64,000 nt of DNA from the NCBI GenBank assembly GCA_951406725.2, contig OX597825.1, positions 51,894,001-51,958,000 of the forward strand, read 5' to 3'. Source of the stretch: Octopus vulgaris (taxonomy: Eukaryota). Under the pieces are notes generated by a model. That model worked only from the letters and a program-made list of their open reading frames with translations. It was not told the DNA's origin and made no database searches. The position numbers and the translations under genes are program-made. Positions 12,019 through 25,161 of this stretch are shown here, piece by piece; position 1 is the stretch's first letter; every line of letters begins with the position of its first letter.

Positions 12019-12380
12019 ATGGCTGTGTAGTAAGAAGTTTGCTCCCTAACTATATGGTCTTGGGTTCAGTTCCACTGCATGGCACCTTGGGCTAGTGAGA
12101 GTCTTCTACTATAGCCTCAAGCCAACCGAGGCATCATGAGAGGATTTGGGAGATAGAAACTGAAAGAAGCCTGTCGTCTTTGTGTTTGTGCCCCACCACT
12201 GCTTGACAACTGGTGTTGGTGTGTTTATGTCCCTGTAATATAGCAGTTCAGCAAACCAGACCGATAAAATAAGTATTAGGTTTTAAAAAATAATATGTTG
12301 TGAGATGATTCATTTGACTAAATATTCTTCAAAGCAGGACCACAGCGTGGTTGCAGTTTAATGACTGAAAGATAAGAGAA
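12019..12380 (+). mobile_element. tRNA/CORE-type SINE (family B)
   Basis: Head tggctgtgtagtaagaag...gggttcagttccac, CORE-like tggcaccttgggc; related copies at ~29970 and 45495-45860 (-). Confidence 0.75.
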
Positions 12381-12384
12381 TACA

Positions 12385-12780
12385 TCATCTGGTTGAGTTT
12401 ACTCAAACATTCTTAACCAATACATGCCATTCTTCTTGGTCCAGCATTAGTTGAGAGAAGTCTTCAAGGAGACGTCTAGTGTCTTTCATGAATTGATCTG
12501 CATACATTGCATTCATATGACCAGCTGAAGTACAACAATGCTTTGACGTCCAAAGCAGTAGATCACTTACCAGCCCTTGTTTGGCTCACTAGAAATGTTC
12601 CATAAAGTGTAAGTACCTTTTCCAGATAACATTTAAAACAGGTAGATCTCCATACAACTGTTTCTTGGTGGGACATGTTCTCCAAGATATGTTTAAGACT
12701 GCTCTTAATATTTGAGTGTAGGTTCCATCTAGCTTGGATTCTAGTGTTTTTGATAAGCATCCAGACAGTTGCCTCATATC
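12385..12780 (-). mobile_element. RTE-clade LINE 3' fragment
   Basis: LDGTYTQILRAVLNISWRTCPTKKQLYGDLP...LHFMEH. Confidence 0.8.
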
Positions 12781-12904
12781 AAAAGACTAACTCTAAGGTT
12801 GTTTGACAGGGTTGAATTCATATTAACATTCAGTTTGTTATGGGTCAATCACACTTTGGCTGTCTGAGATTTTACATTCTCTTCAGTTGAGACTGTCTCA
12901 GAAC

Positions 12905-13133
12905 TTGTGCCATGTAGAAAGCACTACTCACTTCGCTTGTGCTTGTGCGACAGAAAAATGCACTAGGTCCACTGCTGAGTGGTTGGTGTTAGGAAGGGCA
13001 TCCAACTGTAAAACTCCTGCCAAAGCAGTCACAGAAGTCTGGAGCAGGCTTCAGTTTGGCCAGCTCTTGTCAAACTGCCCCACCCATGCTAGCATGGAAG
13101 GTTAACGTTAAAAGATGATGATGATGATGATGA

Positions 13134-13137
<4 letters not shown>
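12905..13137 (+). mobile_element. SINE 3' half with (GAT)n tail
   Basis: ttaggaagggcatcca.ctgta...cccatgctagcatggaa...gatgatgat; similar copy at 28650-28917. Confidence 0.7.
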
Positions 13138-13182
<45 letters not shown>

Positions 13183-14539
13183 CATATACACACATATATT
13201 CTTATATTCTTTTATACATTTCAGCCCAAACACTGTTGCCATGCTAGGGCAACCCTGTGTGTGTGTATGTATGTATGTATATATATATAATATATAGTGC
13301 TTTAAATATAGAATTTGTATATCTAAACCTTTATATATTTTATGTGTATGTGTCCACACGCAATGTCTGATTTTTTGTGTTGTGTGTGTGTGTGTGAGCG
13401 TGTATACATTTTATGTCTTTGTAAATATATAGATACGTATATATGATAAACAGTGATATCATCACTGCACAAACAAACAATGCAGTATATTTGGAAGCTA
13501 AGTATTATCTACTTCACTGAAGTAATGAAGAATACATCTCAATATCTCCTCATAGTTTACTTTATGATTACTATGTTGCTTACATTGAAGACAAGCAACT
13601 TGTTAATCAGTATTTCCCCACACAATAATTATTGTTTGTGTTAATATTATCTTACAAACTATTTCTCCATCAGTTTTCAATGTTTAACAAATCCCCATAA
13701 TTATATACACCAGAAACTATAGTTGGTGAATACTCTATATATTTATTATTCTCAACTTTACTTCTACTCTTACATTTGTCGATATTGTTGTTGCTATTTA
13801 TTTTGTTTATTTTATATGTTGATTTACATTAATTTTTGTTAGTTATTTTATATTATTCATAAATTCTTATAAACCATTATTAAACATATTGAAAGTTTAC
13901 AAACTGAATGTTTACCATATTTTAAATGTTTGGTTATAATCATATTGTGGTAGAAACATTGTAAATTTACAATGGGAGCAATGATTTCATCTTTGCCCAA
14001 TTCTACACTGTATGCAAAACAAATTTAATAGAATGCAATTCCATGTTTATGCAGTGTGTGCATGTCTTGCATGCATTCATGTATGTATGTATATACATAC
14101 GTACATACATATTTGTATACAAGTACTCATACACACACTCATACATAAATATATTCACATACATATACATATTCACATATATAAATATATGTGTGTGTGT
14201 GTGTATAAAATTCTATTTTATAAAATGTTGTAGCATACAGATGACAGAAATCCCTTTAGCTATTAAACTGTATTTAGAATTTTTATTTTTCCTTTTGCTA
14301 TAAATTTGATTTTTTATTATATTTTTGATATTCATTACTATTTTGTTTTATGTTTTGATATAGTACATATATGTACATATGTAAACATATAAGCATACAT
14401 CCAAACATATATGCATGTATGGTTTTCCTTTTATATATGTGTGTGTGTGTTTGTGTGTGTGTGTATACATACACACACAAAGAGTGACTGACTTGAAAGC
14501 AGCTTATTAGTGCAAGTGCAGGCAGTTGAAAATGCTGCA

Positions 14540-15455
14540 TACCAGATGCCAGGTGTCAGAGGACACTAAGAGGGAATGTGCACTGCTTTGGAACCTTCTT
14601 GTCAACTGCTTTATGGTGAACCAGCTCCCAGCAATGAAGCCTCACCTACTGTTTTGACTAACAATTGTCCAACCTCAAGTTCATTTCAAAATCGACATCT
14701 CTCTAGCCAGGCTTCGTCATTTCTTTGCAGTCATCTGTCTGGGTCACTTTCAAAATGATGTTTGCTTGCTGATGTTTGGCAAGAATTGATGGCAGCTACC
14801 ATCTCAGTCTGATCCCAATACAACCCATACATCCAACTTCTCCAAAAAACATCTATTTATTGTTCCAGTAGCATCTCATAACAACTGCCTTTCTTAACCT
14901 GGGCTTCATTGAAATTTTTATGTGAAACTGTCAATTCAACAAGGTGCATAATCTTACGTCCCTCACACCATATTGTCATATCCAGTGTCTTCCTTGTTGA
15001 TATTGGAAGGAGGCATTCACACACTAAAAGATCTGCTGCTCCTTCCAATACTCAATCCCATTTCTTGTCATTCACAGTTTTCTTCTGTTTTGGGTAACAA
15101 TCTTGACCTTGGCAGACAAATGTGATAAACCATTTACAGCCATCCTTCTGTGGCTTCTTACTACCTTTGATTGCTTTCATCAGCTTCTTGGTAGCTCTGT
15201 AGAGAATTTTCGGGACTTAATTGTGCTTCCATGTATACCTTTCTCTTGCTTTAACATACCCACTAACAGCAGATCTGTACCCACTCTGTGTCATCATCAC
15301 TGAAACCAATTCCCATCTGGTTACTTGGAATTTCTACCACTATATCTCAGTGTTCCATGGATGCTATTATATCCTCAGTTTCATTCTCTGCACACCATTT
15401 TCATACTGTTGTGACACTTGGCATATAGTTCCATATTTCTACATATTTGAACTCC
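14540..15455 (-). mobile_element. Restriction-like-endonuclease (R2/HERO-type) non-LTR retrotransposon 3' fragment
   Basis: RYTWKHN.V zinc-knuckle flank followed by LDMTIWCEGRKIMHLVELTVSH...KKGSCYE (RLE motif). Confidence 0.75.
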
Positions 15456-15485
15456 CTCAGTGTATATATATATATATATATATAC

Positions 15486-15529
15486 TTATTTAAAAGCAGC
15501 AGAGTTGAATTTCTGCTGCTTTTAAATAA
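15486..15529. repeat. Perfect 18-bp inverted repeat
   Basis: ttatttaaaagcagcaga-gttgaatt-tctgctgcttttaaataa. Confidence 0.9.
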
Positions 15530-15851
15530 AGCATATTACTCTACCCCTGGTATTTGAGTACTCTTTTTTCCACCTTGTTTCACATTTATGTGTTTACTCC
15601 GGTATATATATATATATATATATACATACACACATAGTCTCACACACACACACATTTATATGATTATTTAGTATTTTTGGACTAATAGGTATATGTTGAT
15701 AGAACCACTGGCACAATTAGGGCTACCTCAGGTCATCCACAGTTGGAGTATTTACATTGGATCTACTTTAGGAATTCCACAGTGTTAGTTGATATAATAA
15801 CACTAACTGCTTAAATAATGAGAACATGGATTTGGTATTAATCTTTATTTT

Positions 15852-15954
15852 GCACAACAGTCATTTCAACCCATCCTGCTACTATCGTTATGGGTGGGAC
15901 TCCATTCGACATGCTGTGCTGCATTTATCTTGCAGTTTGGGTCTCATCAGGTAC
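15852..15954 (-). ncRNA. Hammerhead motif with long stem II loop
   Basis: Minus strand GTAC-CTGATGA-GACCCA...TGGGTT-GAAA-TGACTGTT-GTGC. Confidence 0.65.
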
Positions 15955-16093
15955 ATCCATACATAAAGTTTGTGTCTCACTAAAGATCCTGAGTTTTGGC
16001 TATCATGTTGTTATATGCCCATCTGATTAAGGCATATAACATGACAACCAAAACTCAAGATCTTTAGTGAGACACAAACTTTTATGTACAGAT

Positions 16094-16194
16094 GTACCTG
16101 ATGAGACCAAGGAAGCAAAATGAATGCAACACATGTTGAATGGAGTCCCATCAATAAGGGACTGTAGCAGGATGGGTCAAAACGACTGTTGTAC
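16094..16194 (+). ncRNA. Hammerhead motif with long stem II loop (GAAA mutated to AAAA)
   Basis: GTAC-CTGATGA-GACC...GGTC-AAAA-CGACTGTT-GTAC. Confidence 0.6.
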
Positions 16195-16399
16195 AAGATA
16201 AAGATTAATACCAAATCCATATTCTCATTACTTAAGCCATTATTATTATCATTATTATTATTATTATAAATTCTTTTATTCTATTACATGTTTCAGTCAT
16301 TTGACTGCGGCCATGCTGGAGCACTGCAGTGTGGAAGGTGTTTATAAGTCATTTAAGAAACACACAAAAACCGTTAGATTCACTTCAACATTTAAATTT

Positions 16400-16454
16400 A
16401 ATTTGCCAAAATATTTTCGTTGCTTTGAGACTGCGACCTGTTCGCTGACAAAAT
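16400..16454 (-). ncRNA. Hammerhead-like motif with G3-C8 variant core
   Basis: Minus strand AATTTGTCA-GCGAACA-G-GTCGC-AGTCTCAAA-GCAAC-GAAA-ATATTT-TGGCAAATT: 9-bp stem I and palindromic stem III AATATT. Confidence 0.5.
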
Positions 16455-16651
16455 TCCGTGCTGCAACCGAGAAAGTAACTGTTAGTTCATGATATATATG
16501 TACGTACGTATGTACGTACATATGTATGTATGTATGTGTGTATGTATGTATGTATGTATGTATGTATGTATGTATGAATGTATGTATGTATGTATGTACG
16601 TATGTACTTAAGTATGTACGTGAGTATTTATGTAAGTGTGTAGATGTGCCT

Positions 16652-16689
<38 letters not shown>

Positions 16690-16969
16690 ATGTGTATGTA
16701 CATGTGAACGTATGTTTATGTACTGATATGTGTTTGTTCACGTTGTATACATGACTGTTACTTTGTTGAAGGTTGTATACATACACATATACATGTATAT
16801 AGACAGACACATATATATATTTGTGTCTGTGTGCATGCATGCGTGTGTGTAGATACATATATGCACATATAACCTTACTTATACATATATACAAGTACAC
16901 ACAATCATATAGACATTTACACACACTCACAAATATACGTATAATCTTAAAGTATACACACATATATGA

Positions 16970-17025
<56 letters not shown>

Positions 17026-17269
17026 TATATATATGACACTATTTTCAAGGACAACAGTTAAAATTCAAATTTGCTTAATTTTATTATTTTTATTCTTTTT
17101 TATTTTTTACTCACATACATATACAATACATACATATATCTACACATACTCATATGTGCATGCATGTACATATTCATACACTAACATACACAACACACAA
17201 CACATACATACATACGTATCAAACTATGTACGCTCATACGGTTATAAATAACTATGCATATGTCCTTTA

Positions 17270-17970
17270 GCTTCACGCATTTCAACATGTATGTATGGAT
17301 TTCCACATGTAAATAAGAGAGGGGGTAGCTATAGAAGGGTACTCCCGAGGAGAATCTGGATGTTACCCCATTCGGATTTATGGTTGAGAGTAGGTTTGTA
17401 TTCTTGTATACAGACAGCTTCAGTGACTTATCTCAGCATTGCATCAGTGTGATGTGTGGATAAGATGTTTAACTTAAGTCTCCCTAAAAAGCTCTTGTGG
17501 CAGTCTACAGCATGCTGATAGAAGATAGAGTTTGGTTTCTTTTCAATGTAGTTGTCCAGGTGTTCTTTGAACCTATCATTGATACTCCTAGAAGTCTCAC
17601 CTATGTATGACTCTGGGTTAGTTGTGCACGCTCCTACTTGGCACTTAATCTGGTATACAGTGCTCTTGGTTTTGCAGTTCACATATGGGTTTGTAGAACA
17701 TACTACACAATTATTTTGACACGTGATTCCATCAAATGGATATGATCTACATAATACAGATTTGATAGTCCTACCTGTCTTTTCTACAACTTTGATCTTA
17801 AGGCAAGTTGTGCGCAGGATTTTCTTGAATGCCTTACTTAATTCGTTCTTAGGTGTGGCGTCAACAAATATTACACGGTGAAATTTCTTGTTATCATACC
17901 AAAGGTTTATGACCTGTTTTTTTTCATTCTTTTCTTTTTCCTTTTTTGTTGATGTTAAATCTTGGAGAAC
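17270..17970 (-). mobile_element. Neptune-type PLE 3' fragment (Cys-rich linker + GIY-YIG)
   Basis: WYD..VIFVDATP...IKVVEKTG..SYPFDGITCQNNCVVC...CKTKSTVYQIKC...YIGETSRSINDRFKEH...EAVCI...LNHKSEWG. Confidence 0.9.
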
Positions 17971-19562
17971 TTTTAGGTGTCCTTAAATCCAGTTGTTTAC
18001 ACACTCCACACTTGTGTTTCTCATTATTACGAGAAATGGCAGATTTTCTCCACTACTAACAGTAACAGAAGCTCTGAACTCCATCTTATATTTACTTTTT
18101 TTTCTTATTCATTCATACCTTCACAAGTTTCTTCACAAGATTCCAGGTTTCACTTCAAAATAGTTTTATTGTTGTTGTTGTTGCTTTTATATACAATAAT
18201 ATGAAAAAGATGTTACAAGTGAGAATCAACCATTGTCAAAACAATTCCTTCAAATAATTATTTCGAGAAAAGCTTGTAGTTATTGAAATTTTAGAACCAA
18301 GGAACTCTGTAAAACTTTGCTCTTCTGATTCTTTATCAGCATCGAATTGGAATAACAAATGTATATAAGATGTTATATACATGTAGGTATATGTGTATGC
18401 ATGCATAAGCATATGCATATATATATATTCATGTGTATGAGTGTGTGTGTAAATATATATAATGGTATGTATTTATAGGTACATACACATGTGTATATGT
18501 GTGCAGTATGCATAATGTGCTTGTGTATGGGAGGAAGGCTGTGGGGTGTGGAGAAATATGTAAAATTATGTAGACCAACAAACCAGAAAATAACTAACAC
18601 AATTTAATACGAATAACAAACATTATAAAAACTGGCTTGATAATAAATGACAACTATTATAATAGCTACTAAAACAAAAGGAAAATAGAATATAATTAAT
18701 GTAAATATTAATAATAGTTAATTAAGTCTTAAGGCAACAGATTTGTAAAAGGTAGCAGTTGTTGATTTCTTCGATTTTAGTGTTTAATTGGTTTTCTTTT
18801 AGTAATACCAAATCTAACACAAAGTCAGATCTATTGGAATGAGAAAAAGATGAGAAAAATAACAAAAGAAAATTCTGCAGGTAGCTAAACGTAGGTAAGG
18901 CAGAGTGGAGCCCTCTTTTGTAGCAAAATCTCAAAATAACAATATTATTACAAGCATATTAATAATATTCAGGGAGGGAAAGTTAGAGTTAGGAAGACAA
19001 ATAATGGTCGTAGCAAAAGCAGCAGAAACAACAACAATGGTTATGAAATGGAAAGCAACTACAAAAACAAGAACAAGAAAGGCATAAGAAACAGTTGCAT
19101 CATAAAATACAAGGCAGCAAATCAATGAAGAAAATAACAAAGACAGTAATAAAAATAACAATAACAACATGTGCAATGATAATAAGATGAAGAACAATAG
19201 CCACAATAATAATAATGATATCTATTATTGCCACAAGTGTAATGGGTGAGGGAGACATTACAAGGACAAATTAGAAAATAACATAACAATAATCTCAAAG
19301 AAAGATATAGCTGTACTGTAAGAAAAGAAATCAAATCAAGAGTAGAAATATTTTCCTGCGGCAAATCTTTGTAACAGCTTGCTCATTCTCAATGCTGGCT
19401 TAGAACAATTTAGTTTTTTGATACAAAGAAATTTTTAATATCAGAAGTTTTCTGGAAGCAAGTAGGGATTCTGAAATAACCTTTCTGCTTCACCCGACAA
19501 TATTATAAAGTAAATCCCAAATAAGAAAGCATTCACTCAATACACTGGTAAAGGTTTCTTAC

Positions 19563-19622
19563 CTTTACTTCTACCGCCTCTGGCTACTCATTAAACATCT
19601 GCTGTGAAAGTGGTTTATATTG
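19563..19622 (-). pseudogene. Pseudo-exon QYKPLSQQMFNE*PEAVEVK
   Basis: cattttag| acceptor, |gtaaga donor, 60 nt, one TAG. Confidence 0.55.
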
Positions 19623-20899
19623 CTAAAATGTTAACAGATTAACGGATATTATATTATGTATTTCTATATTGTGTGTTGTATAATAATAATGATAATAATA
19701 ATGATAATAATAATAATGATAACAATACTGATAATGATAATGCCTTTGGAATGTAATACTTGAGGAAGTGATGGATAGTGCTGCCAATATAAAATCCACC
19801 ACAAACGCAAAAACATTGTTGCTTCTATATGTACATATTATCAATGAAACATACCCCAATGTAATGCTATAACCAGAACATTGAAACAGCAATGAAGGCC
19901 AGAGAGTAGAACATAGGAAATCTGGAAACTGAAGTGATCATTTTTATTAAGCAATTAAGCTGCTCTGTAAAAACAAAAAGTTTTACGCGATACTAATTGA
20001 CAAATTTAAAACTAACATTTTACTGTTGTTTCCTGTCCCGTATTACAAATCTATCTCTGTCTGTCTCTCTCCCTCCTCCCTCTCTCTCTCAATTTTCTTT
20101 TATAACTGAATTTAGAAACATAAGATAAAAGTTTAACACAAACATGCTCACCACACATTTTTCTTTTTCTTAGTATTAAGCTAATACTGTATTTGTTAAA
20201 CGTTGTCCCTCCTGTCTGTTGTCTCATTTTTTGCTGTTCATTGTATTTACATCATATATAGTGTATGCATATAGGTAGATATATCAAAATAGATAAATAT
20301 AAATGATGTATACAATATAATATATACACAAATGTAGAACAGCGCCAGCTGAAATATTTTGTCTAAGAAAAGTTTTTCAAAGAAACTTGTGCACTAAAAA
20401 AGCACAGAGCTCTCTCTCAGAATGTCATTGTCAGATCCTCAGACGCTGGCGTTTCCAACTGATTTGGTCTCAACAGAAAATATTCATTGATTTTTGTGAA
20501 AGCTAGCCAGGGTAAAATTATATTCTTGTATGCATTTGATGATCTATTGATGATAATCTGTGCAAGCTCTATGCTTTTTAACATACAAAACTCTTCAAGA
20601 AGTTTCCGAGACAAAATATTAGTACTAGTACTGTTCTATGTTGTATATAATTTCGAAATGTTTTATACATTGTTATTTCCACTTATATAGCATACTTAAT
20701 GTATACACATTATTGATGGGCCAGTTGGTGTAGTATTTATCCTGAAATAATATTTATTATAGACTAGTTGTGTAAAAAACACAATAGATATCAGAGAGAG
20801 AGAAAGAGACAGACAGACAAATCTAGACGAAATTTTGCCTCAGCAGTGCCCAGTGGGATTGTCAAATGCATTTTAGAATTTTGAGGGTTTTGAAAGGGA

Positions 20900-21250
20900 G
20901 TTCTCTATAATGATAATAATATGAACAATAATGGAAAGTACCCAATGGAAGGAGATAATTCATCCTCAAACAAAGACTACACCCTGAAACATTATGCTGT
21001 TTTTGGTGGGATATGAAGGGTGTTGTCTATCATGAAGTGTTGAACCAAAATAAAATAGTTAAGATGGAGAAATATTGTAATCAATTGGAAGCATTGTAGA
21101 GAAAGCACCCATCACTGATCAGTCATAAAGGCCACGTATTGCCCAATGCACTCAAGGAAAGATATGGAAGTTTTGCCTAATCTGTCTTATTCTCTTCACC
21201 TCACTCCATCTGAATATTGTGTTTATAGATGACTGCAACTTTATTTCAAG
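20900..21250 (+). mobile_element. Mariner transposase fragment
   Basis: WWDMKGVVYHEVL...YCNQL and SYS.HLTPSEY remnants, similar to the 5733-6952 element. Confidence 0.7.
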
Positions 21251-21332
21251 GTATGGCTAGTTTAGATCAGCAACTGGATATTTGGTTTTGACTGTATGTT
21301 GATCCTATATAAAACCAAGTCGCCATATTAAC

Positions 21333-21472
21333 TTTTCAATGAATCTGTAGTTGCTTGTTCTGGCTGCCATTTCTACTGTTGAAAGTCATCAATTGTTGCT
21401 TGTAGACATGTGTGACAATGTTGCTGGGATGTATTATGGTTAGTTGACTGTAAGCTCTTTAGAATAAGTAAA
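21333..21472 (-). pseudogene. Pseudo-exon LLILKSLQST...IDDFQQ*KWQPEQATTDSLK
   Basis: ccatacag| acceptor; single TAG in an otherwise open frame. Confidence 0.5.
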
Positions 21473-21633
21473 CTGTATGGAACAAACATTTAAACAAAAT
21501 TTATTATGCCACACTAGTTATGAAAAGATGTTCATGCATTACAAATAGATACAGCATTAGCCAGATGAAAATAGCATAATACACTATGCAAAGAAAATGT
21601 CTATTTAAAATTTAACACTGGGTTGGTTTTTAC

Positions 21634-22022
21634 ATAAAACCAAAATGTAGGTGTGGTATCATGTCTGCCTTATAATCGCATATAATCCATTAGATTGAAT
21701 AGAAGAGGAATGTGAGTTGGTAACATTCTCAAGAATATATGAAGTTGGTGAGAGTGAAGAATGTCATGCTTGCATGGATGTCTTTGACACTCTGTGAAAG
21801 GTAACACAAATAAACTTTATTTAAAGGCTGTTTTTTATTGAAGTTTCAAGAGCATCTGGAGAAACTATCACTTGAGCAAAAGCCATTAACTGGATACAAC
21901 ACTGTTGCACACATAATCAAGATGTGCTTAAGTTATGGCTTGAATACAATGTTACAAAGGGAGAACAATTTATTAATTGTAAAGAGGATAAAAATACTAT
22001 TGAGCATTTTAGTCTATGAAAT
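21634..22022 (-). pseudogene. Two pseudo-exons (22022 to ~21835; 21791 to 21634)
   Basis: Acceptors aatttttcag| and cctttcacag|; frames FHRLKCS...STS*LCVQQCC and CQRHPCKHDILH...MRL*GRH. Confidence 0.5.
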
Positions 22023-22179
22023 CTGAAAAATTTTGTACTTTAGAAATCAAAAATTTGCCACATAGATGGGATTATATTAGCAATGGTGAGGGGACATTCT
22101 TGATTAATTATAACAATTAAGACTATCAAAGCTTTTCTTTTCCATCCTGAAATGTGACAGGTCTTTTTTTTCCAGCCTA

Positions 22180-22258
<79 letters not shown>

Positions 22259-22774
22259 CATGTGTGTATACTTATTTATTTACATACATATATATATGAA
22301 TTCATGTATTATTCATAAAAAATATTTATATGTTATGACTCTCTTAGTCTAAAGAAATCATTTCACATTACTGCAGCTTATACATAAAACTGCAGAATAA
22401 TGATTTTATATAATTCACACAGACTCCGACTGTCATAACATTTTGAAATCAGTAGCTTTAATTTCATTAGTTTCAAACCCTTTATAATATTTATGTGAAT
22501 ATGTACTATACTTGCAACACATTGATATTTTAATAATTCTCTATCTAAATATCTGACTCTTAACTTTTTGTGACTCTTTTTCTCAGTTAATGTTCACAGA
22601 TTTTATGCTCATAAAAAACATCCTTTAACTATAAAACACAATTATAATAAATGTGCGTGTATATTTGTGCATGTGTGTGAGCCAGTGTATGTATATATAT
22701 ATATATATGTGCATGTGTGTACATGTGCTTTATACACATATGCACAGATACATAAACAAACATATATAGTGTAC

Positions 22775-22880
22775 TGTTCTGATAGTGGTGGGATGAACAA
22801 AAAAAGTACTCCATCCAGTGAGAGATAAATATCATTTAATAAACACAGGATTTCAATGTGAGCTACTACAAGTTTCATGC
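22775..22880 (-). pseudogene. Pseudo-exon MKLVVAHIEILCLLNDIYLSLDGVLFLFIPPLSE
   Basis: 106 nt, phase 1 to 2, matches both neighbours; weak GAG acceptor. Confidence 0.55.
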
Positions 22881-23309
22881 CTCAGATAAATATAATAGTC
22901 AGATGAGATTGTACAGTATTCCATGTATTTCCAAGCAGTTACCCAACTTCAAAATACAACATGGCTACTCTCTGAGAAAGAACAAGAAAGTACAAAAGGG
23001 GAAAAAGTAAATGGAAATGGAATGAAAAAAATCAGCTTGAACAGAAGGAAGGTAAAAGTTGTGTCCTTTTGGTTCATTAGAATGAGATTAAATGATTCTT
23101 TCTACTATTTCTGCTTATTTCATCAACCTTGAAAGGGTGAAAAGAAAGGTCAACTTTGGCAAAATTTGAAGTTGGAACATAGAGACAAAATAGTGCTAAG
23201 CATTTTGTTCAGTATGCTGACAATTTTAATCGCTGGCCACCCTATTTATAATGGCTAGTGGAGTTAAATTTAACAGGGAAAGGCTAAAATTTATGAGACT
23301 GCTTGCTTA

Positions 23310-23640
23310 ATTCAGAGAAGGTGGTGTTTTCCATTTCAATAATAGAAATTCATCCAGATGTTCACATTTAGTGAAAATTTCTTATGTAGAATTCAGTAGA
23401 CCGGTGGGGTTCTTAGATTTAAAAAGGTTATTGGTTCTTTTGGCTATACAAATCTTGCACCCATTAAGACATGCTATGGATTGTTCTTCAATGTTCTACA
23501 TGGTATGTGGGGTATTGTCAGCCTCTGAGTCCTAGACAGGGCTAACAAATTTCATTCTCTCCAAATTAAACATGCAGTCTCATGAGCTTTATCCTTTTCC
23601 CATTGAATTAACTACAACAAACATTATTAATTCCTATTCT
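23310..23640 (-). mobile_element. Second Naiad-type GIY-YIG C-terminal fragment
   Basis: FNLERMKFVSPV*...PHTM*NIEE...NGCKICIAKRT..LLNST*ENF..CEHLDEFLLLKWKTPP parallels the 11380-11660 translation. Confidence 0.65.
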
Positions 23641-23891
23641 AATGAGTCAAAGAGTTGCACCTTGCATCTCTCTTACCTTCATGCTTCATTTTTGTCATTC
23701 CTATTTTCTATTTACTTTTTACTTCTCATTCTTTTTTGCTTTTTCTCAGAGAGAAGGTATGTTCTATTTTGAGGTTGAATGACTGCCTTATACCACACAG
23801 CATGCTGTACAAGCTCATCAGAGACATAAAATTTATAGTAACTTGCATTTAAATCTGTGTGTGTTAGTGTATGTATATAAATGTATATATG

Positions 23892-24188
23892 AGGGACTCT
23901 TGCATTGAAGACGAAGTATGAGCGTCCAGGTATTGCTGAATGACCAGCACAAATGATTTGTCTATAGTGATCAAATGTTCATGCTTCACATTACCACACT
24001 CTCTCCATCAAATTGACATTCTCTGAACAGGTGCAGGGTGTACCACGTGTCAGGTGTTGACGTGATCGCAGAGCAACATGAGATGAACTGTTTTGCTCAA
24101 GAATTCAGTGGACCACCTGGCCTAGGAATTGAAACCATGATCTCAAGATCATGCATACAACACCCTAACCACTAGCCATGCACCCTCA
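23892..24188 (-). mobile_element. tRNA/CORE-type SINE
   Basis: Reverse-strand head (ctaaccactagccatgcacc) and CORE-like ttttgctcaagaa. Confidence 0.65.
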
Positions 24189-24701
24189 TAATATATATAT
24201 ATATATATCAGGCACAAACTGTCAGTAATTACTCAGGGTAGGCAGTTGGTGACCTATATGTAGTAAAACCCACAAAAAATAAATGAAACACGTGCAAGTG
24301 ACTGAATTGAAGGTAGATTTATTTCTGCCTTCATAGCACATAAAGAAAACAATGTTGTAGGGGTGTATACGGCATGTGTGCTACAGCAGTACAATGCATA
24401 GCTTTAAATACTGAGATTGAAAAGCAGGGGCAAATCGTGCCTACCTAATCTACAAAAAAGTAAAATATTTTGCATTTTATGCATAGTAATCACAGTAACC
24501 TTCATAATTGTATTGAATCGGGTGCATGTTTTGCCATAAAAGGAAAATGCTGCGGTCAATCTATTTATCTATTTTATTCAAAGTAGGCACTACCTACCTT
24601 GCCTACCCAAGTGGCACATTCCTGACATGTGTGTGTGTGTGTGTGTGAGTGCATGTGCGTCCATGTGTGTGTGTGAGTGTGTGTATGCATGTGTGAAATA
24701 C

Positions 24702-24822
24702 TTGAATAGTGCTATAATCCAAGCTGTGTCCTCTTGAAGCTCATCTGCTTATTCCAGTACTCCAAATATTCATGCAGATATATTTGTGTGAGTTATGCAT
24801 AAGAGCTTAAGAGCTGAAAATT
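24702..24822 (-). pseudogene. Pseudo-exon NFQLLSSYA*LTQIYLHEYLEYWNKQMSFKRTQLGL*HYS
   Basis: ttttccag| acceptor, A|gtattt donor, two stops. Confidence 0.55.
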
Positions 24823-24852
24823 CTGGAAAATATCTTTTGCAGAGTGATTACA

Positions 24853-25161
24853 TATCAAAACAGAAGTTGGAAACATGTTTTGTCATTATCTATTCACCAT
24901 TACACGTGTTTCATTTGCTAATAGTCTCAAAATTGTACATATATGCAAAACATATAAAACATCTATTCGAAATTCATCAGACAGAGAATCAAATAATATT
25001 ATTTGATTTTATTCTTTGATTCTCTGTTTGAAGAATTTCTAATAGAAGTCTTGTGTGTTTCTCCTACATGTACAATTTTGTAATTCTTATTAGCAAGTGA
25101 AATACATGTGATGGTGAATAAATAATGCCAACATTTTTCTTCCCAATCTCTTGTTTTGATG
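24853..25161. mobile_element. Foldback/MITE-like palindrome with ~140-bp diverged arms
   Basis: atcaaaacaga...tattcaccat...aaaattgtacat...cagagaatcaaa mirrored by tttgattctctg...atgtacaatttt...atggtgaata...tgttttgat. Confidence 0.8.

Larger units (their letters stand above)
15809..16237. repeat. ~210-bp-arm inverted repeat (PLE inverted pLTR-like), each arm carrying a hammerhead motif
   Basis: Arms 15809-16019 and 16031-16237 are reverse complements around the spacer catctgattaa. Confidence 0.9.
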
